From an uncultured Pseudomonadota bacterium (GTDB lineage: Bacteria > Pseudomonadota > Alphaproteobacteria > RF32 > CAG-239), in the NCBI GenBank assembly GCA_949297185.1, contig CASFRM010000001.1:19553-83552 (forward strand): a stretch of 64,000 bases of DNA, given 5' to 3'. Below the pieces are notes generated by a model. The model ran no database searches, had not been told where the DNA came from, and worked only from the letters and a program-made list of their open reading frames with translations. Positions within the stretch are counted from its first letter, which is position 1. Each line of letters opens with the position of its first letter. The translations under genes and the position numbers were made by a program. This document shows, in pieces, positions 1 to 9,293 of this stretch.

Positions 1-1574
1 AGAAAATCGAAAAAGTTAAGTTATCTAAAGAAGCCAAAGAAAAAGCTTTGGCCGAGGTTAAAAAGCTAAGAACCATGGGCCCCAATTCGGCAGAGGCTAC
101 GGTTGTTCGCAATTATCTTGATTGGTTATTGGATATTCCATGGAAAAAACGTTCAAAAATCAATAAAGATTTGCAATATGCCATAGATGTACTTGATGCC
201 GATCACTATGGGTTAGACAAGGTAAAAGAAAGAATTGTGGAGTATTTGGCAGTCCAAGCTCGCTCAGACAAAGTCAGAGGCCCGATTCTTTGCTTGGTAG
301 GTCCTCCGGGTGTTGGTAAAACTTCGCTGGGTAAGTCTATTGCCAGAGCAACCGGACGTAACTTTGTTCGTACTTCTCTGGGCGGTATGAGAGATGAAGC
401 CGAGATCAGAGGACACCGTCGTACTTATATTGGTTCTATGCCCGGTAAGATTATAAAAGGTATGAAAAAGGCCGGAACCTCCAATCCTTTATTCTTATTA
501 GACGAGATTGATAAGTTGGGTAATGACTACCGCGGAGATCCGTCGTCTGCGTTGTTGGAAGTATTGGATCCTGAGCAAAATGCAGCATTTAACGATCATT
601 ATCTGGAAGTAGATTATGATTTGTCTGATGTAATGTTTGTGACAACGGCCAATTCACTCGATATGCCGCGTCCTTTGTTGGACCGAATGGAAATTATCCG
701 TTTGTCAGGGTATACCGAAGACGAAAAAATAGAAATCGCCAAAAGACATTTACTGCCCAAAATTTTTAAGGAAAACGGACTAAAAGATAAAGAACTCAAG
801 ATAGAAGACGAAGCGATTCGAGATATCATCAGATACTATACTCGTGAAGCCGGCGTCAGAAATCTTGAACGCGAATTATCAACTATAGCCCGCAAGTCAA
901 TTAAAGAAATTTTGCTGGCTAAAGATGCAAAGAAGTTACCGTTGAAAGTAAATGCCAAAAACTTGGAACAATATTTGGGTGTAATAAAATATCGCTATGG
1001 CGAAGCCGAAGAAAAAGATCAGGTCGGAGTTACAACCGGTTTGGCTTGGACTGAAGTCGGCGGAGATATATTATTTATCGAGGCTGTAGATATGCCTGGC
1101 AAGGGCGTCGTCAAACAAACCGGAAAACTCGGTGACGTAATGAAGGAGTCGATAGACACTGCATATTCGGTTGTCCGTTCACATTCCAAAGAGTTGGGTA
1201 TATCTTCTGAGATATTTGAAAAAACCGATATTCATGTCCATGTACCCGAGGGAGCCACGCCCAAAGACGGACCTTCGGCAGGTATAGCCATGTATACGAC
1301 TCTAGTATCGGTATTAACCAAAATATCGGTAAGAAGAGATGTAGCCATGACTGGAGAGATAACACTTCAAGGCAGAGTTTTACCGATAGGTGGCCTAAAA
1401 GAAAAGTTGTTATCGGCATTAAGAGGCGGAATCAAGACGGTAATAATCCCCAAGGATAACGAAAAGGATTTGGCCGAAATTCCGGATAATGTAAAAACCG
1501 GACTAAAAATCATACCTGTTTCCGAAGTAAAAGAAGTATTAAACATAGCCTTAACCAAGAAAATAGGTAAGTAA
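1..1574 (+). CDS. lon: ATP-dependent Lon protease, C-terminal ~523 aa; the 5' end lies upstream of the window
   Basis: The frame is open from nt 3 ([23 protein letters not shown]...), so the M at 48 is internal. Walker [10 protein letters not shown], Walker [10 protein letters not shown], and the protease-domain PKDGPSAG catalytic Ser motif are present. Confidence 0.97.
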   Translation, partial: KIEKVKLSKEAKEKALAEVKKLRTMGPNSAEATVVRNYLDWLLDIPWKKRSKINKDLQYAIDVLDADHYGLDKVKERIVEYLAVQARSDKVRGPILCLVGPPGVGKTSLGKSIARATGRNFVRTSLGGMRDEAEIRGHRRTYIGSMPGKIIKGMKKAGTSNPLFLLDEIDKLGNDYRGDPSSALLEVLDPEQNAAFNDHYLEVDYDLSDVMFVTTANSLDMPRPLLDRMEIIRLSGYTEDEKIEIAKRHLLPKIFKENGLKDKELKIEDEAIRDIIRYYTREAGVRNLERELSTIARKSIKEILLAKDAKKLPLKVNAKNLEQYLGVIKYRYGEAEEKDQVGVTTGLAWTEVGGDILFIEAVDMPGKGVVKQTGKLGDVMKESIDTAYSVVRSHSKELGISSEIFEKTDIHVHVPEGATPKDGPSAGIAMYTTLVSVLTKISVRRDVAMTGEITLQGRVLPIGGLKEKLLSALRGGIKTVIIPKDNEKDLAEIPDNVKTGLKIIPVSEVKEVLNIALTKKIGK

Positions 1575-1596
1575 TAATTATCATAGGATGTCAACG

Positions 1597-1635
1597 CCTC
1601 CGAGTCTTTGCAGATTCGGAGGTGTTTCTTATTTT
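1597..1635 (+). terminator. Rho-independent terminator after lon
   Basis: 10-bp stem CCTCCGAGTC/GATTCGGAGG (one G-U), 6-nt loop, followed by TGTTTCTTATTTT. It starts 22 nt after the lon stop. Confidence 0.75.
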
Positions 1636-1859
1636 ATAAAGGTTTGTGTTGATTCTTCTTGCAAATATAGAAAAATTAAAAATTAATCGCGTTGATGTAG
1701 TTAAATATCTGTGGATAAAGCCTAAAAAAGCTCAAAAATGTTGATAAATAAGGAATTTTCATTTGACAGTAATATAAATAGGTGTTCAAATTTTGCTGTG
1801 AACGGGGCGTAATGCCTTGTATCATTTGTTTATAACTTATATTAGAGGGAGTCCTCACC

Positions 1860-2132
1860 GTGAATAAAAATGAATTGATTTCTAGCATTGCTAGTTCTAC
1901 CGGCCTTACCAAGACTGATTCTGCTAAGGCTTTGGATGCATTTGTATCTTCTGTAACCTCTGCTTTGAAAAAAGGTGACGAAGTTCGTTTGGTTGGTTTT
2001 GGTACATTTGCCGTATCAAAAAGAGCTGCTACAACCGGTCGCAATCCGCGCACTGGTGCTACGATCAAAATTCCTGCTCGTAAGCAAGCTAAATTCAAAG
2101 CTGGTAAAGCTTTGCAAGACTCTGTAAACTAA
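1860..2132 (+). CDS. hupB: Histone-like DNA-binding protein HU
   Basis: 90 aa: MNKNELI...GFGTFAVSKRAATTGRNPRTGATIKIPARKQAKFKAGKALQDSVN, a full-length HU/IHF fold signature. GTG start with GGGAG 8 nt upstream. Confidence 0.95.
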   Translation: MNKNELISSIASSTGLTKTDSAKALDAFVSSVTSALKKGDEVRLVGFGTFAVSKRAATTGRNPRTGATIKIPARKQAKFKAGKALQDSVN

Positions 2133-2186
2133 TATATGACGAAGATTGATTATATATTGATTTTCGAACAAAGTTTATAAGCGAAA

Positions 2187-2216
2187 CGGGGCATCTTATT
2201 TGATGCCTCGTTTTTT
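2187..2216 (+). terminator. Rho-independent terminator after hupB
   Basis: Stem CGGGGCATC/GATGCCTCG (one G-U), loop TTATTT, then T6. The track ORF start at 2200 lies inside this hairpin. Confidence 0.75.
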
Positions 2217-2229
2217 AAGAAATAAAATC

Positions 2230-2826
2230 ATGCACTATATTGACAAGATACTAAGACTTATAAAGACGGGAAAGATTAAGACAAAGTATTCCCACAATAA
2301 TTTGATATACCGACGCCGCAATAATTTCATATTCAGTGTGGATTGTTCCGGATTGGTGGAATTTTGGTTATATAAAAGATATAATAAAGCATTACGCGAA
2401 GTTTATGATTATGTTTATAAAGCCAGAGATGTTGATAAAAATAAAATAAAGCGGCTTTATTCATTTGATTTTTATGATTATTTTTGTTCATTAGAAACAA
2501 GCGAAAGTAATAATTGGAAATTAGTCAAATATAATCAGATTTTAGAACGCGGAGATGTTATTGCTTTTATAAATCCGCAAAGGGCAGGCCGGTTTGGTCA
2601 TTTAGCCATAGTTGATAAAGAAATCTGTCGTCAAGGTGATTCTATAAAGGTAAAGATAATAGATTCTAGTGCGATAGAACATCACGATGATTATCGACAA
2701 ACCTCAAAAATGGGGATTGGTTACGGAATTATAGAAATCGGGCAAGAAAAAAATAAGGAGTTCTTAGTAAAATATTCGCCTGATAATCATAGGGTTAGAG
2801 AGATAATGATAGGACGTTTAAAATAA
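2230..2826 (+). CDS. Hypothetical protein, possible NlpC/P60-superfamily (papain-like) cysteine hydrolase
   Basis: 199 aa from ATG 2230; the track start at 2200 is a TTG inside the hupB terminator. VDCSGLVEFW ... GRFGHLAIV ... IEHH spacing resembles the Cys/His/polar triad of NlpC/P60 proteins. No signal peptide is seen. The family call is by eye only. Confidence 0.45.
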   Translation: MHYIDKILRLIKTGKIKTKYSHNNLIYRRRNNFIFSVDCSGLVEFWLYKRYNKALREVYDYVYKARDVDKNKIKRLYSFDFYDYFCSLETSESNNWKLVKYNQILERGDVIAFINPQRAGRFGHLAIVDKEICRQGDSIKVKIIDSSAIEHHDDYRQTSKMGIGYGIIEIGQEKNKEFLVKYSPDNHRVREIMIGRLK

Positions 2827-2880
2827 AAAACAAAAAAAATAAAAAAAATGCTTGATTAATTTTTATGAAGAGTGTATAAG
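2826..2880 (+). promoter_or_regulatory. Sigma70-type promoter with A-tract (UP-like) element for tRNA-Val
   Basis: A-rich tract 2826-2850, -35 TTGATT (2852-2857), 17-nt spacer, -10 TATAAG (2875-2880). The -10 ends 19 nt before the mature tRNA 5' end. Confidence 0.55.
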
Positions 2881-2899
2881 ACTTTCCTGTAAGGAACGA

Positions 2900-2975
2900 G
2901 GGCGCTTAGCTCAGCTGGAAGAGCATCTCGTTTACACCGAGAGGGTCGGGAGTTCGAACCTCTCAGCGCCCACCA
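2900..2975 (+). tRNA. tRNA-Val (anticodon TAC), CCA encoded
   Basis: 76 nt folded by hand. Acceptor GGGCGCT/AGCGCCC, D stem GCTC/GAGC, anticodon stem TCTCG/CGAGA with loop TTTACAC, T stem GGGAG/CTCTC with loop TTCGAAC, then ACCA. Confidence 0.95.
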
Positions 2976-2983
2976 ATTAAAAG

Positions 2984-3006
2984 CCACCCGCGAGGGTGGT
3001 TTTTTT
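2984..3006 (+). terminator. Rho-independent terminator after tRNA-Val
   Basis: CCACCC-GCGA-GGGTGG hairpin followed by T7, 8 nt after the CCA end. Confidence 0.8.
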
Positions 3007-3104
3007 GGGTATAAAAAATATGCTGATATTTCGTAAAATTACTGGAAAAACCGAAATATTTGGTTTAACAATGTTACTATCTGAATACAACAAAAGGTAA
3101 GATT

Positions 3105-4403
3105 ATGAAAATAAGTATAATAGGAACAGGATATGTTGGATTACCAACCGGTGTTGGTTTTGCAGAGCTTGGCAATGAAGTAACTTGTATTGACAGAGAC
3201 ATTCGCAAAATAGAGGCCTTAAGAGAGGGAAAAATTACTCTTTATGAAGAAGGACTTGAAGATTTACTTCATAAAAATGTACAAAGCGGAAACCTAAAGT
3301 TTACCACCTCAATGAAAGAAGGAATTCCAAGTGCTGATTTAGTTATAATAGCAGTTGGAACCCCTCCGCATCCTGTTACCAAAGAAGCAGATATGAAATA
3401 TATTCACGCTGCTGCTATAGAGCTTGCAGAGCATTTGAGCGGTTATACCGTGGTTGCCACTAAATCGACAGTGCCCGTAGGTACAGGAGACGATATAGAA
3501 ACTTTAATCAGCAAAAAAAATCCGTTTGCCAATTTTGATGTTATATCACTGCCGGAATTTTTAAGAGAAGGTTTTGCTGTTCATGACTTTTTCCATCCTG
3601 ACAGAATAATTATCGGAGCCGAGGCGGAGAGGGCTTTTAATCTGATAAAAGAGCTTTATCGACCTTTTGCCGACAAGACCAATATACTATTTGTTAAAAG
3701 ACGTTCTGCCGAAACCATAAAATATGCATCAAATGCTTTTCTGGCAATGAAGATCCACTATATCAACGAAATGGCAGATTTTTGTGAGGCTTCGGGAGCG
3801 GATATAACAGAAGTAGCCAAAGGAATGGGAGCGGACAGCCGTATTGGTAACAAATTCTTAAATCCTGGGCCGGGATATGGTGGCAGTTGTTTTCCTAAAG
3901 ATACCATGGCGATGAATTATATGGCTAAGCAAAACGGAGTTAAGATGAGCTTGATAGAGGCCGCAATAATTGGCAATCAGCTTCGTAAAGAGCATATGGC
4001 ACAAAGAATTAAGGATGCCGTCAAAAGTATCGACAATCCCAAAATTGCGGTACTTGGATTGGCATTTAAGAATGGCACTGATGACTGTCGCGAAAGCCCT
4101 GCTATAGAAATAATCAATAAATTGTTGGAATATGGACTCAATATAACAGCATTTGATCCCAAAGCCATGGGTACGGCATGTAATATATTTGGCAACAAAA
4201 TAAGCTATGCAGATGATATGTATCAGGGACTAAAAGATGCTGATGTGCTGGCGATTCTCACCGAATGGGACGATTTTAGAAAATTGGATTTGGAAAGAGC
4301 ATCATATTTGATGAGACATAAAAACATAGTTGATTGTCGCAATCTCTTAGACGCTAAAGAAGCTAAATCGCATGGCTTCAATTATCGCGGTATCGGTAAA
4401 TAG
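3105..4403 (+). CDS. ugd: UDP-glucose 6-dehydrogenase
   Basis: 432 aa. N-terminal Rossmann IIGTGYVGL and catalytic-Cys motif GYGGSCFPKD, in the typical UDP-glucose/GDP-mannose dehydrogenase layout. Confidence 0.93.
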   Translation: MKISIIGTGYVGLPTGVGFAELGNEVTCIDRDIRKIEALREGKITLYEEGLEDLLHKNVQSGNLKFTTSMKEGIPSADLVIIAVGTPPHPVTKEADMKYIHAAAIELAEHLSGYTVVATKSTVPVGTGDDIETLISKKNPFANFDVISLPEFLREGFAVHDFFHPDRIIIGAEAERAFNLIKELYRPFADKTNILFVKRRSAETIKYASNAFLAMKIHYINEMADFCEASGADITEVAKGMGADSRIGNKFLNPGPGYGGSCFPKDTMAMNYMAKQNGVKMSLIEAAIIGNQLRKEHMAQRIKDAVKSIDNPKIAVLGLAFKNGTDDCRESPAIEIINKLLEYGLNITAFDPKAMGTACNIFGNKISYADDMYQGLKDADVLAILTEWDDFRKLDLERASYLMRHKNIVDCRNLLDAKEAKSHGFNYRGIGK

Positions 4404-4417
4404 ACAAATAAATAATA

Positions 4418-5419
4418 TTAGAAAAAGTTCTTACCGAAAAGCCTTGGTTTTATTTTTAGGTAGTAGAACATCTGCACGCGGTGAGCTAATTTCATGTTTT
4501 TAAAGTGAAACTGGCCGGATGTGACAGCTTTTTTTATGTAAGCAGCTTCTTCTACTGTTATGTCTCTAAGTTGTTTTCCGTAAAACCTTATGACATTTTT
4601 TAAGAAAAATGTTGCCGTAAATCGTTTGATAGCCTCTTTCTTTTTGTCAGATATACCGGAATGCAAGTATTTATTTTGCAACTTAACATATCCGTTAACT
4701 TCTTTTCGGATATTTACTTTATATTTATCTTTGTTGAAAGTATTCATAATAGAAGAAGGATTTACACGATAAAAATACAAATTATAAGGAATATGAGCAA
4801 TACGATTTATTTGTGTCATGACATCAAAAGTGAAGAGATTATCTTCTCCCGGAGACAGTCCTTCTTCAAAAGGAGTGTTTTTTACATATTGAGTTTTATA
4901 TACTTTATTCCACACCACGCCGCTGATTTTAATTTTTTTCCCGCGATCTGATTTTTTCTTAAGAGCATATATTTCAAACGGATTACAAAAAGTTTCGATG
5001 TTTTTTAAATTATTTATGTCAAAAACTTCACAATCTGGAACATTGCCAGTAAATGTAGAACTATCAAACCAGAAAACATCTGCGTTTATTATATTTATGT
5101 ATTGGTGGATGACTTCAAGAGCTTGCGGATGCAATGCATCATCAGAATCTAAAAACAAGGTATACGGAGCTCTTAAAAAAGGTGTAGCAGCATTACGTGC
5201 GGAAGAAAGTCCCCCGTTTTTTTTGTGGATAACCTTAAAACGAGGATCGGTTTTAGCGTAATTATCTAATATTAATCCACAGTTATCAGGGCTTCCATCA
5301 TCGACACAGATTACCTCGAAATTTTGAAAAGATTGATTTTTAATGGAATCAAGGCAAGGTATTAAAAATTTTTCAACTTTGTATACCGGAACGATAATAG
5401 ATATTTCTGGCATCATCAT
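4418..5419 (-). CDS. Family 2 glycosyltransferase
   Basis: ISIIVPVYKVEKFLIPCLDSIKNQSFQNFEVICVDDGSPDN followed by a DSDD (DxD) motif. Confidence 0.9.
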   Translation of the reverse strand: MMMPEISIIVPVYKVEKFLIPCLDSIKNQSFQNFEVICVDDGSPDNCGLILDNYAKTDPRFKVIHKKNGGLSSARNAATPFLRAPYTLFLDSDDALHPQALEVIHQYINIINADVFWFDSSTFTGNVPDCEVFDINNLKNIETFCNPFEIYALKKKSDRGKKIKISGVVWNKVYKTQYVKNTPFEEGLSPGEDNLFTFDVMTQINRIAHIPYNLYFYRVNPSSIMNTFNKDKYKVNIRKEVNGYVKLQNKYLHSGISDKKKEAIKRFTATFFLKNVIRFYGKQLRDITVEEAAYIKKAVTSGQFHFKNMKLAHRVQMFYYLKIKPRLFGKNFF

Positions 5420-5582
5420 TAATCTCTGCTATAAGGTTCAACACAATGTAATACTATACATTAAAATGTGGAAATCAAACGATAAAATAAAAGCAATAAC
5501 AATATAAATAATCATATTGAAATTTTATTGATAGTATAATAGCATGACGCATAAATTGCAGAAAAGACTAAAATGGTGTTTT

Positions 5583-6545
5583 ATGACTAAAGTATCAGTG
5601 GTATTGCCGATTTATAATGTTGAAAAATATTTGCCTAAATGTTTGGATAGTTTAATTAACCAAACTTTACAAGATATTGAGATTATCTGCGTAAATGATG
5701 GAAGTTCTGATAATTCGTTGCAGATACTGAAAGAATACGCAACAAAAGATAGTAGAATAAAAATAATCAATCAAAAAAATTCCGGTCCGGGAGTCGCAAG
5801 AAATACAGGTATCAGAGCAGCACAAGGAAAGTATATAGCCTTTGTCGATCCGGATGATTGGGTCGAGATTAATGCATTTGAGATATTATACAACGCCACC
5901 AAAGAGCATAAGGTTGATTTGGTAGAATATGCAATCACCGTATATGAAGAAAATAGCCGCAAGAAGCAGATAAAAAACCATCTATATAGGCAAGAAATAA
6001 CAAACATAAATGACAATCCTAAAATAATTTTTCAAGGAATTTCTGCTGCTTGGAACAAATTTTGCTCGGCAAAGTTGCTTAAAGATTACAACATATTATT
6101 TTCGGAAGGATATTGTTGTGAGGATTTAATTTTTTCGGTTTCGGTAAGAGCAAAAGCAAAGATGATATTATATATAGATAAACCTTTTTACAATTACTTA
6201 CACCGCAAGAGCTCCATAACCCATAAAAAGTCGGCTGTTAACCTGTTGGTTCCGGATTTTATCAATGATACCTTGAAATTCATACAGATGGAAAATATAT
6301 ATCCGAGAGTAGAAGGAGATTTCTGGAACTGTGCATTGGGATTGTTAACCACTCATTATCGTAAGCTACCTAAAGAAAATATTGATGAATACAAGGCAAA
6401 ATGTCAATCCATCATGCCCGAAGATATATATAAAAAGTTCGCCGATTATACCAAAGAAAAAACATTTTTAAGACAGTTGTTTTCTTTCGGGTACAACGGA
6501 AAAGTATATGAGCTAACAATTTTAGGAATAAGGATGAAATTTTAA
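5583..6545 (+). CDS. Family 2 glycosyltransferase
   Basis: VSVVLPIYNVEKYLPKCLDSLINQTLQDIEIICVNDGSSDNS plus DPDD. ATG 5583 is preferred over the track start at 5544, because a TATAAT at 5535-5540 would place the transcript start after 5544. Confidence 0.88.
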   Translation: MTKVSVVLPIYNVEKYLPKCLDSLINQTLQDIEIICVNDGSSDNSLQILKEYATKDSRIKIINQKNSGPGVARNTGIRAAQGKYIAFVDPDDWVEINAFEILYNATKEHKVDLVEYAITVYEENSRKKQIKNHLYRQEITNINDNPKIIFQGISAAWNKFCSAKLLKDYNILFSEGYCCEDLIFSVSVRAKAKMILYIDKPFYNYLHRKSSITHKKSAVNLLVPDFINDTLKFIQMENIYPRVEGDFWNCALGLLTTHYRKLPKENIDEYKAKCQSIMPEDIYKKFADYTKEKTFLRQLFSFGYNGKVYELTILGIRMKF

Positions 6546-6656
6546 TATAAAAGCGAAAATATATGTATTTGAATATTATGAAAATAAAAATTTGATATTG
6601 TACCTAAAAATATTTTGCAAACAGTAATCATATAATAAATTTGGAGAAAATTACTC

Positions 6657-7712
6657 ATGTCAACAAAATTAAAGCCCGCATTTGATAAGAACAATCTATG
6701 TATAGTTTTTGCTTCCGATACTAACTATGTTCCGTATATGGGGGTGTCAATAAAGTCAATAATTGATAATGCAGATAACAACTATAATTATGATATATTG
6801 GTTTTTGATGATGGTATAACAGATTATCAGAAAAAACTTATCAGCTCCATGCTTCCTGATAATTTTTCTATAAGGTACATCGATGTCAAATCTTTATTAA
6901 ATGATTTTGATACCAGTTTTCTTATCGCCGGAGGTATTTGGAGCATAGCAACCTATTATAGAATCTTTATTCCGCAAATCCTGCAAGATTATAAAAAAGT
7001 TTTATATCTTGATTGCGATATATTAGTAAAAGATTCGCTGGTTGATTTATTTAATACCAATTTAAAAGGTTATATGGGGGGGTGCATTATTGATTCCGTA
7101 AAATATGTGCAGTCACAAAATAGAATTAAGGATATATCAAAGTTAGGAATATCTGACTATAAAAAATATTTTAATGCCGGTGTTATACTGTTTAATCTTC
7201 AAGAAATTGATGCGGTTTCATTTAAGAAAGATTTTTTTCATACTCTAAAAACCAAAGAATTACCGTTTTTAGATCAAGATATTCTCAATATATTAATGAA
7301 AGATAAGTATAAGACGATAGATATAAGCTATAATTATCAATATCATATTCTTAATGAACATCCGGAATTAAGAAATATTGCAGAATTAGCAAAAGCGGAA
7401 CAAAATCCTAAAATAATTCATTACACTACCGGGATAAAACCATGGAATACTCCGGCCGCTCCGCTGGCAAATTATTGGTGGTTTGTTGCCAGAAATACGC
7501 CGTTTTATGAAGAAATCATATATAATAATACCAGAATGACTAATTCTTATCTTCACACAATAATTTACAGAAACAGATATTTCATTCGTTATGGTATAAT
7601 AAAAATGCTATCAATATTGTCATTTGGCAAGCTACATCGAAAATTCAAAAAAATGAGAAAAGATTTACAACCAAAAATAAGAGCAATAAAAAGATTTTGC
7701 CGGAACAAATAA
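6657..7712 (+). CDS. Family 8 glycosyltransferase (LPS/LOS alpha-hexosyltransferase type)
   Basis: CIVFASDTNYVPYMGVSIKS, LYLDCDILV (DxD), YFNAGVILFNL, LDQDILN, IIHYTTGIKPW. Contains a G7 tract at 7076-7082. Confidence 0.9.
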   Translation: MSTKLKPAFDKNNLCIVFASDTNYVPYMGVSIKSIIDNADNNYNYDILVFDDGITDYQKKLISSMLPDNFSIRYIDVKSLLNDFDTSFLIAGGIWSIATYYRIFIPQILQDYKKVLYLDCDILVKDSLVDLFNTNLKGYMGGCIIDSVKYVQSQNRIKDISKLGISDYKKYFNAGVILFNLQEIDAVSFKKDFFHTLKTKELPFLDQDILNILMKDKYKTIDISYNYQYHILNEHPELRNIAELAKAEQNPKIIHYTTGIKPWNTPAAPLANYWWFVARNTPFYEEIIYNNTRMTNSYLHTIIYRNRYFIRYGIIKMLSILSFGKLHRKFKKMRKDLQPKIRAIKRFCRNK

Positions 7713-7713
7713 C

Positions 7714-8013
7714 ATGAAACCGATACTAGTTCATTTACACTTATATTACAAAGATATGCTAAAAAATATGTTAGCATATATAGATAATATATCAAATTAT
7801 GACTATGATCTATATGTTACTATGGTTGAAGAAGATGAAAACACGATAAAACAAATCAAAGAGTTTAACAACCGCGCAAACATAATCAAAGTATCCAATC
7901 GAGGTTTTGATGTGTGGCCTTTTATATGTGTATTGCAAAAGGTTAATTTGGATGACTACTCTTACATAATAAAATTACATACCAAAAGGGATATGCTGCC
8001 ATGTTTACGATAA
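7714..8013 (+). pseudogene. Truncated RgpF-like (rhamnan synthesis protein F family) gene fragment
   Basis: The 99-aa ORF is about 75% identical (71/94 by hand) to residues 1-94 of the intact 283-aa paralog at 10266. Homology stops after HTKRDM, followed by LPCLR-stop. Confidence 0.7.
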
Positions 8014-9293
8014 AGAAATATATATATAAACTTCTATATGTTTTACGATTAATAGACAAAGATACATATCAAGCTCAAAAAACTCTATATAACAAACATC
8101 TAAAAAATAAGCAAAACAGCAAGTTTAGTATCGAAGATTATGTAACGGAAGAACTTACACCGCAAAATAAAGAATGCTATGAAGGAGAGGCTTCTGATAA
8201 CATTGAGTCACAATCCAAAGACCCGTTGCTTTTAGCATACTATTTAACTCAATTTCATCAGACATCTATAAATGATGAAAACTTTGGCAAAGGATTTACC
8301 GAATGGACCAATGTTGCTAAGGCAAAACCTCAATTCACCGGACACTATCAACCTCATATTCCCATGGATGTAGGTTTTTATGATTTATCGCATGATGATG
8401 TGATGTACCGACAGGTTGAATTAGCAAAAAAATATGGAATAGGAGGTTTTTGTTTTTATTATTATTGGTTTTCTGGACAAAGAGTGTTGGAAAAGCCACT
8501 ATTTAATTGGCTTAATAATAAAGAATTAAATTTTCCATTCTGCTTATTCTGGGCCAATGAAAGTTGGGAGAGCAGATGGTTTGGAGGAGATAAAAAAACA
8601 ATTATAGAAGATAATTTTGATATATCGCAAGTCGAGCAGTTTTTTTATGATATACTGCCTTTCTTTCAAGATACGCGCTATATCAAAGTAAGAGGTAAAC
8701 CTCTTTTCATTATATACCATCCGGATAAATTTACCCCAAGTGAGTTGAAGGAAATAATTAAAAAGCTTCAAGACTTGGCCATCAGCAATGGTTTTAAAGG
8801 TTTGCACATTTGTGGTCAAGGTTATAATTTATCAGATGATTTTGTCAAAGAATATGGTCTTGATGCCGTTGCGGAATTTTCCCCATGCGGCATGAAGTTA
8901 CCTGAACTTAAAAATAAAAATTTTTGGATAAATCCCAACTATTCAGGAAAGCTCCTTGATTGTAAAGATTTTATAGAAAAGGGAACTTGGAAATACAAGA
9001 CATCATATAGCTTATATAAAGGAGTATTTTGCGGTTGGGATAATACACCTAGGAATCAGAGCAATTCTCGAATATATTACAATATGTCACCACAAGTGTA
9101 TCAAAAATGGCTAAAAGATACCATTATATGGACTAGAGAACATAACTCATCCGATGAACAAATTATATTTATAAATGCATGGAACGAATGGGGAGAGGGT
9201 GCACACCTAGAGCCGGATATCAAATATGGGTACGCAAATCTCCAAGCAACAAGAAACGCAATAGAAGAAGCAAGGAAGTATAATGGAAAATAA
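8001..9293 (+). CDS. WbsX-family glycosyltransferase-like protein
   Basis: From about residue 76: LLAYYLTQFHQTSINDENFGKGFTEWTNV, GHYQPHIP, YGIGGFCFYYYWFSGQRVLEKP, NAWNEWGEGAHLEP. The first ~75 aa are a Lys-rich extension with no recognisable similarity. Confidence 0.8.
   Translation: MFTIKKYIYKLLYVLRLIDKDTYQAQKTLYNKHLKNKQNSKFSIEDYVTEELTPQNKECYEGEASDNIESQSKDPLLLAYYLTQFHQTSINDENFGKGFTEWTNVAKAKPQFTGHYQPHIPMDVGFYDLSHDDVMYRQVELAKKYGIGGFCFYYYWFSGQRVLEKPLFNWLNNKELNFPFCLFWANESWESRWFGGDKKTIIEDNFDISQVEQFFYDILPFFQDTRYIKVRGKPLFIIYHPDKFTPSELKEIIKKLQDLAISNGFKGLHICGQGYNLSDDFVKEYGLDAVAEFSPCGMKLPELKNKNFWINPNYSGKLLDCKDFIEKGTWKYKTSYSLYKGVFCGWDNTPRNQSNSRIYYNMSPQVYQKWLKDTIIWTREHNSSDEQIIFINAWNEWGEGAHLEPDIKYGYANLQATRNAIEEARKYNGK

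Noticed and set aside
1710-1718. Perfect DnaA box TGTGGATAA (also at 5224-5232) as a sign of oriC
   Set aside because: There are only two isolated copies, 3.5 kb apart, and one is inside a GT2 coding region. There is no cluster, no AT-rich unwinding element context and no dnaA/dnaN nearby. The dif-like site in the same window argues for a terminus-proximal region, not an origin.
1676-2098. 140-aa minus-strand ORF covering the lon-hupB spacer and hupB
   Set aside because: It is antisense to hupB, which has a full-length HU signature. It also runs through promoter and terminator sequence.
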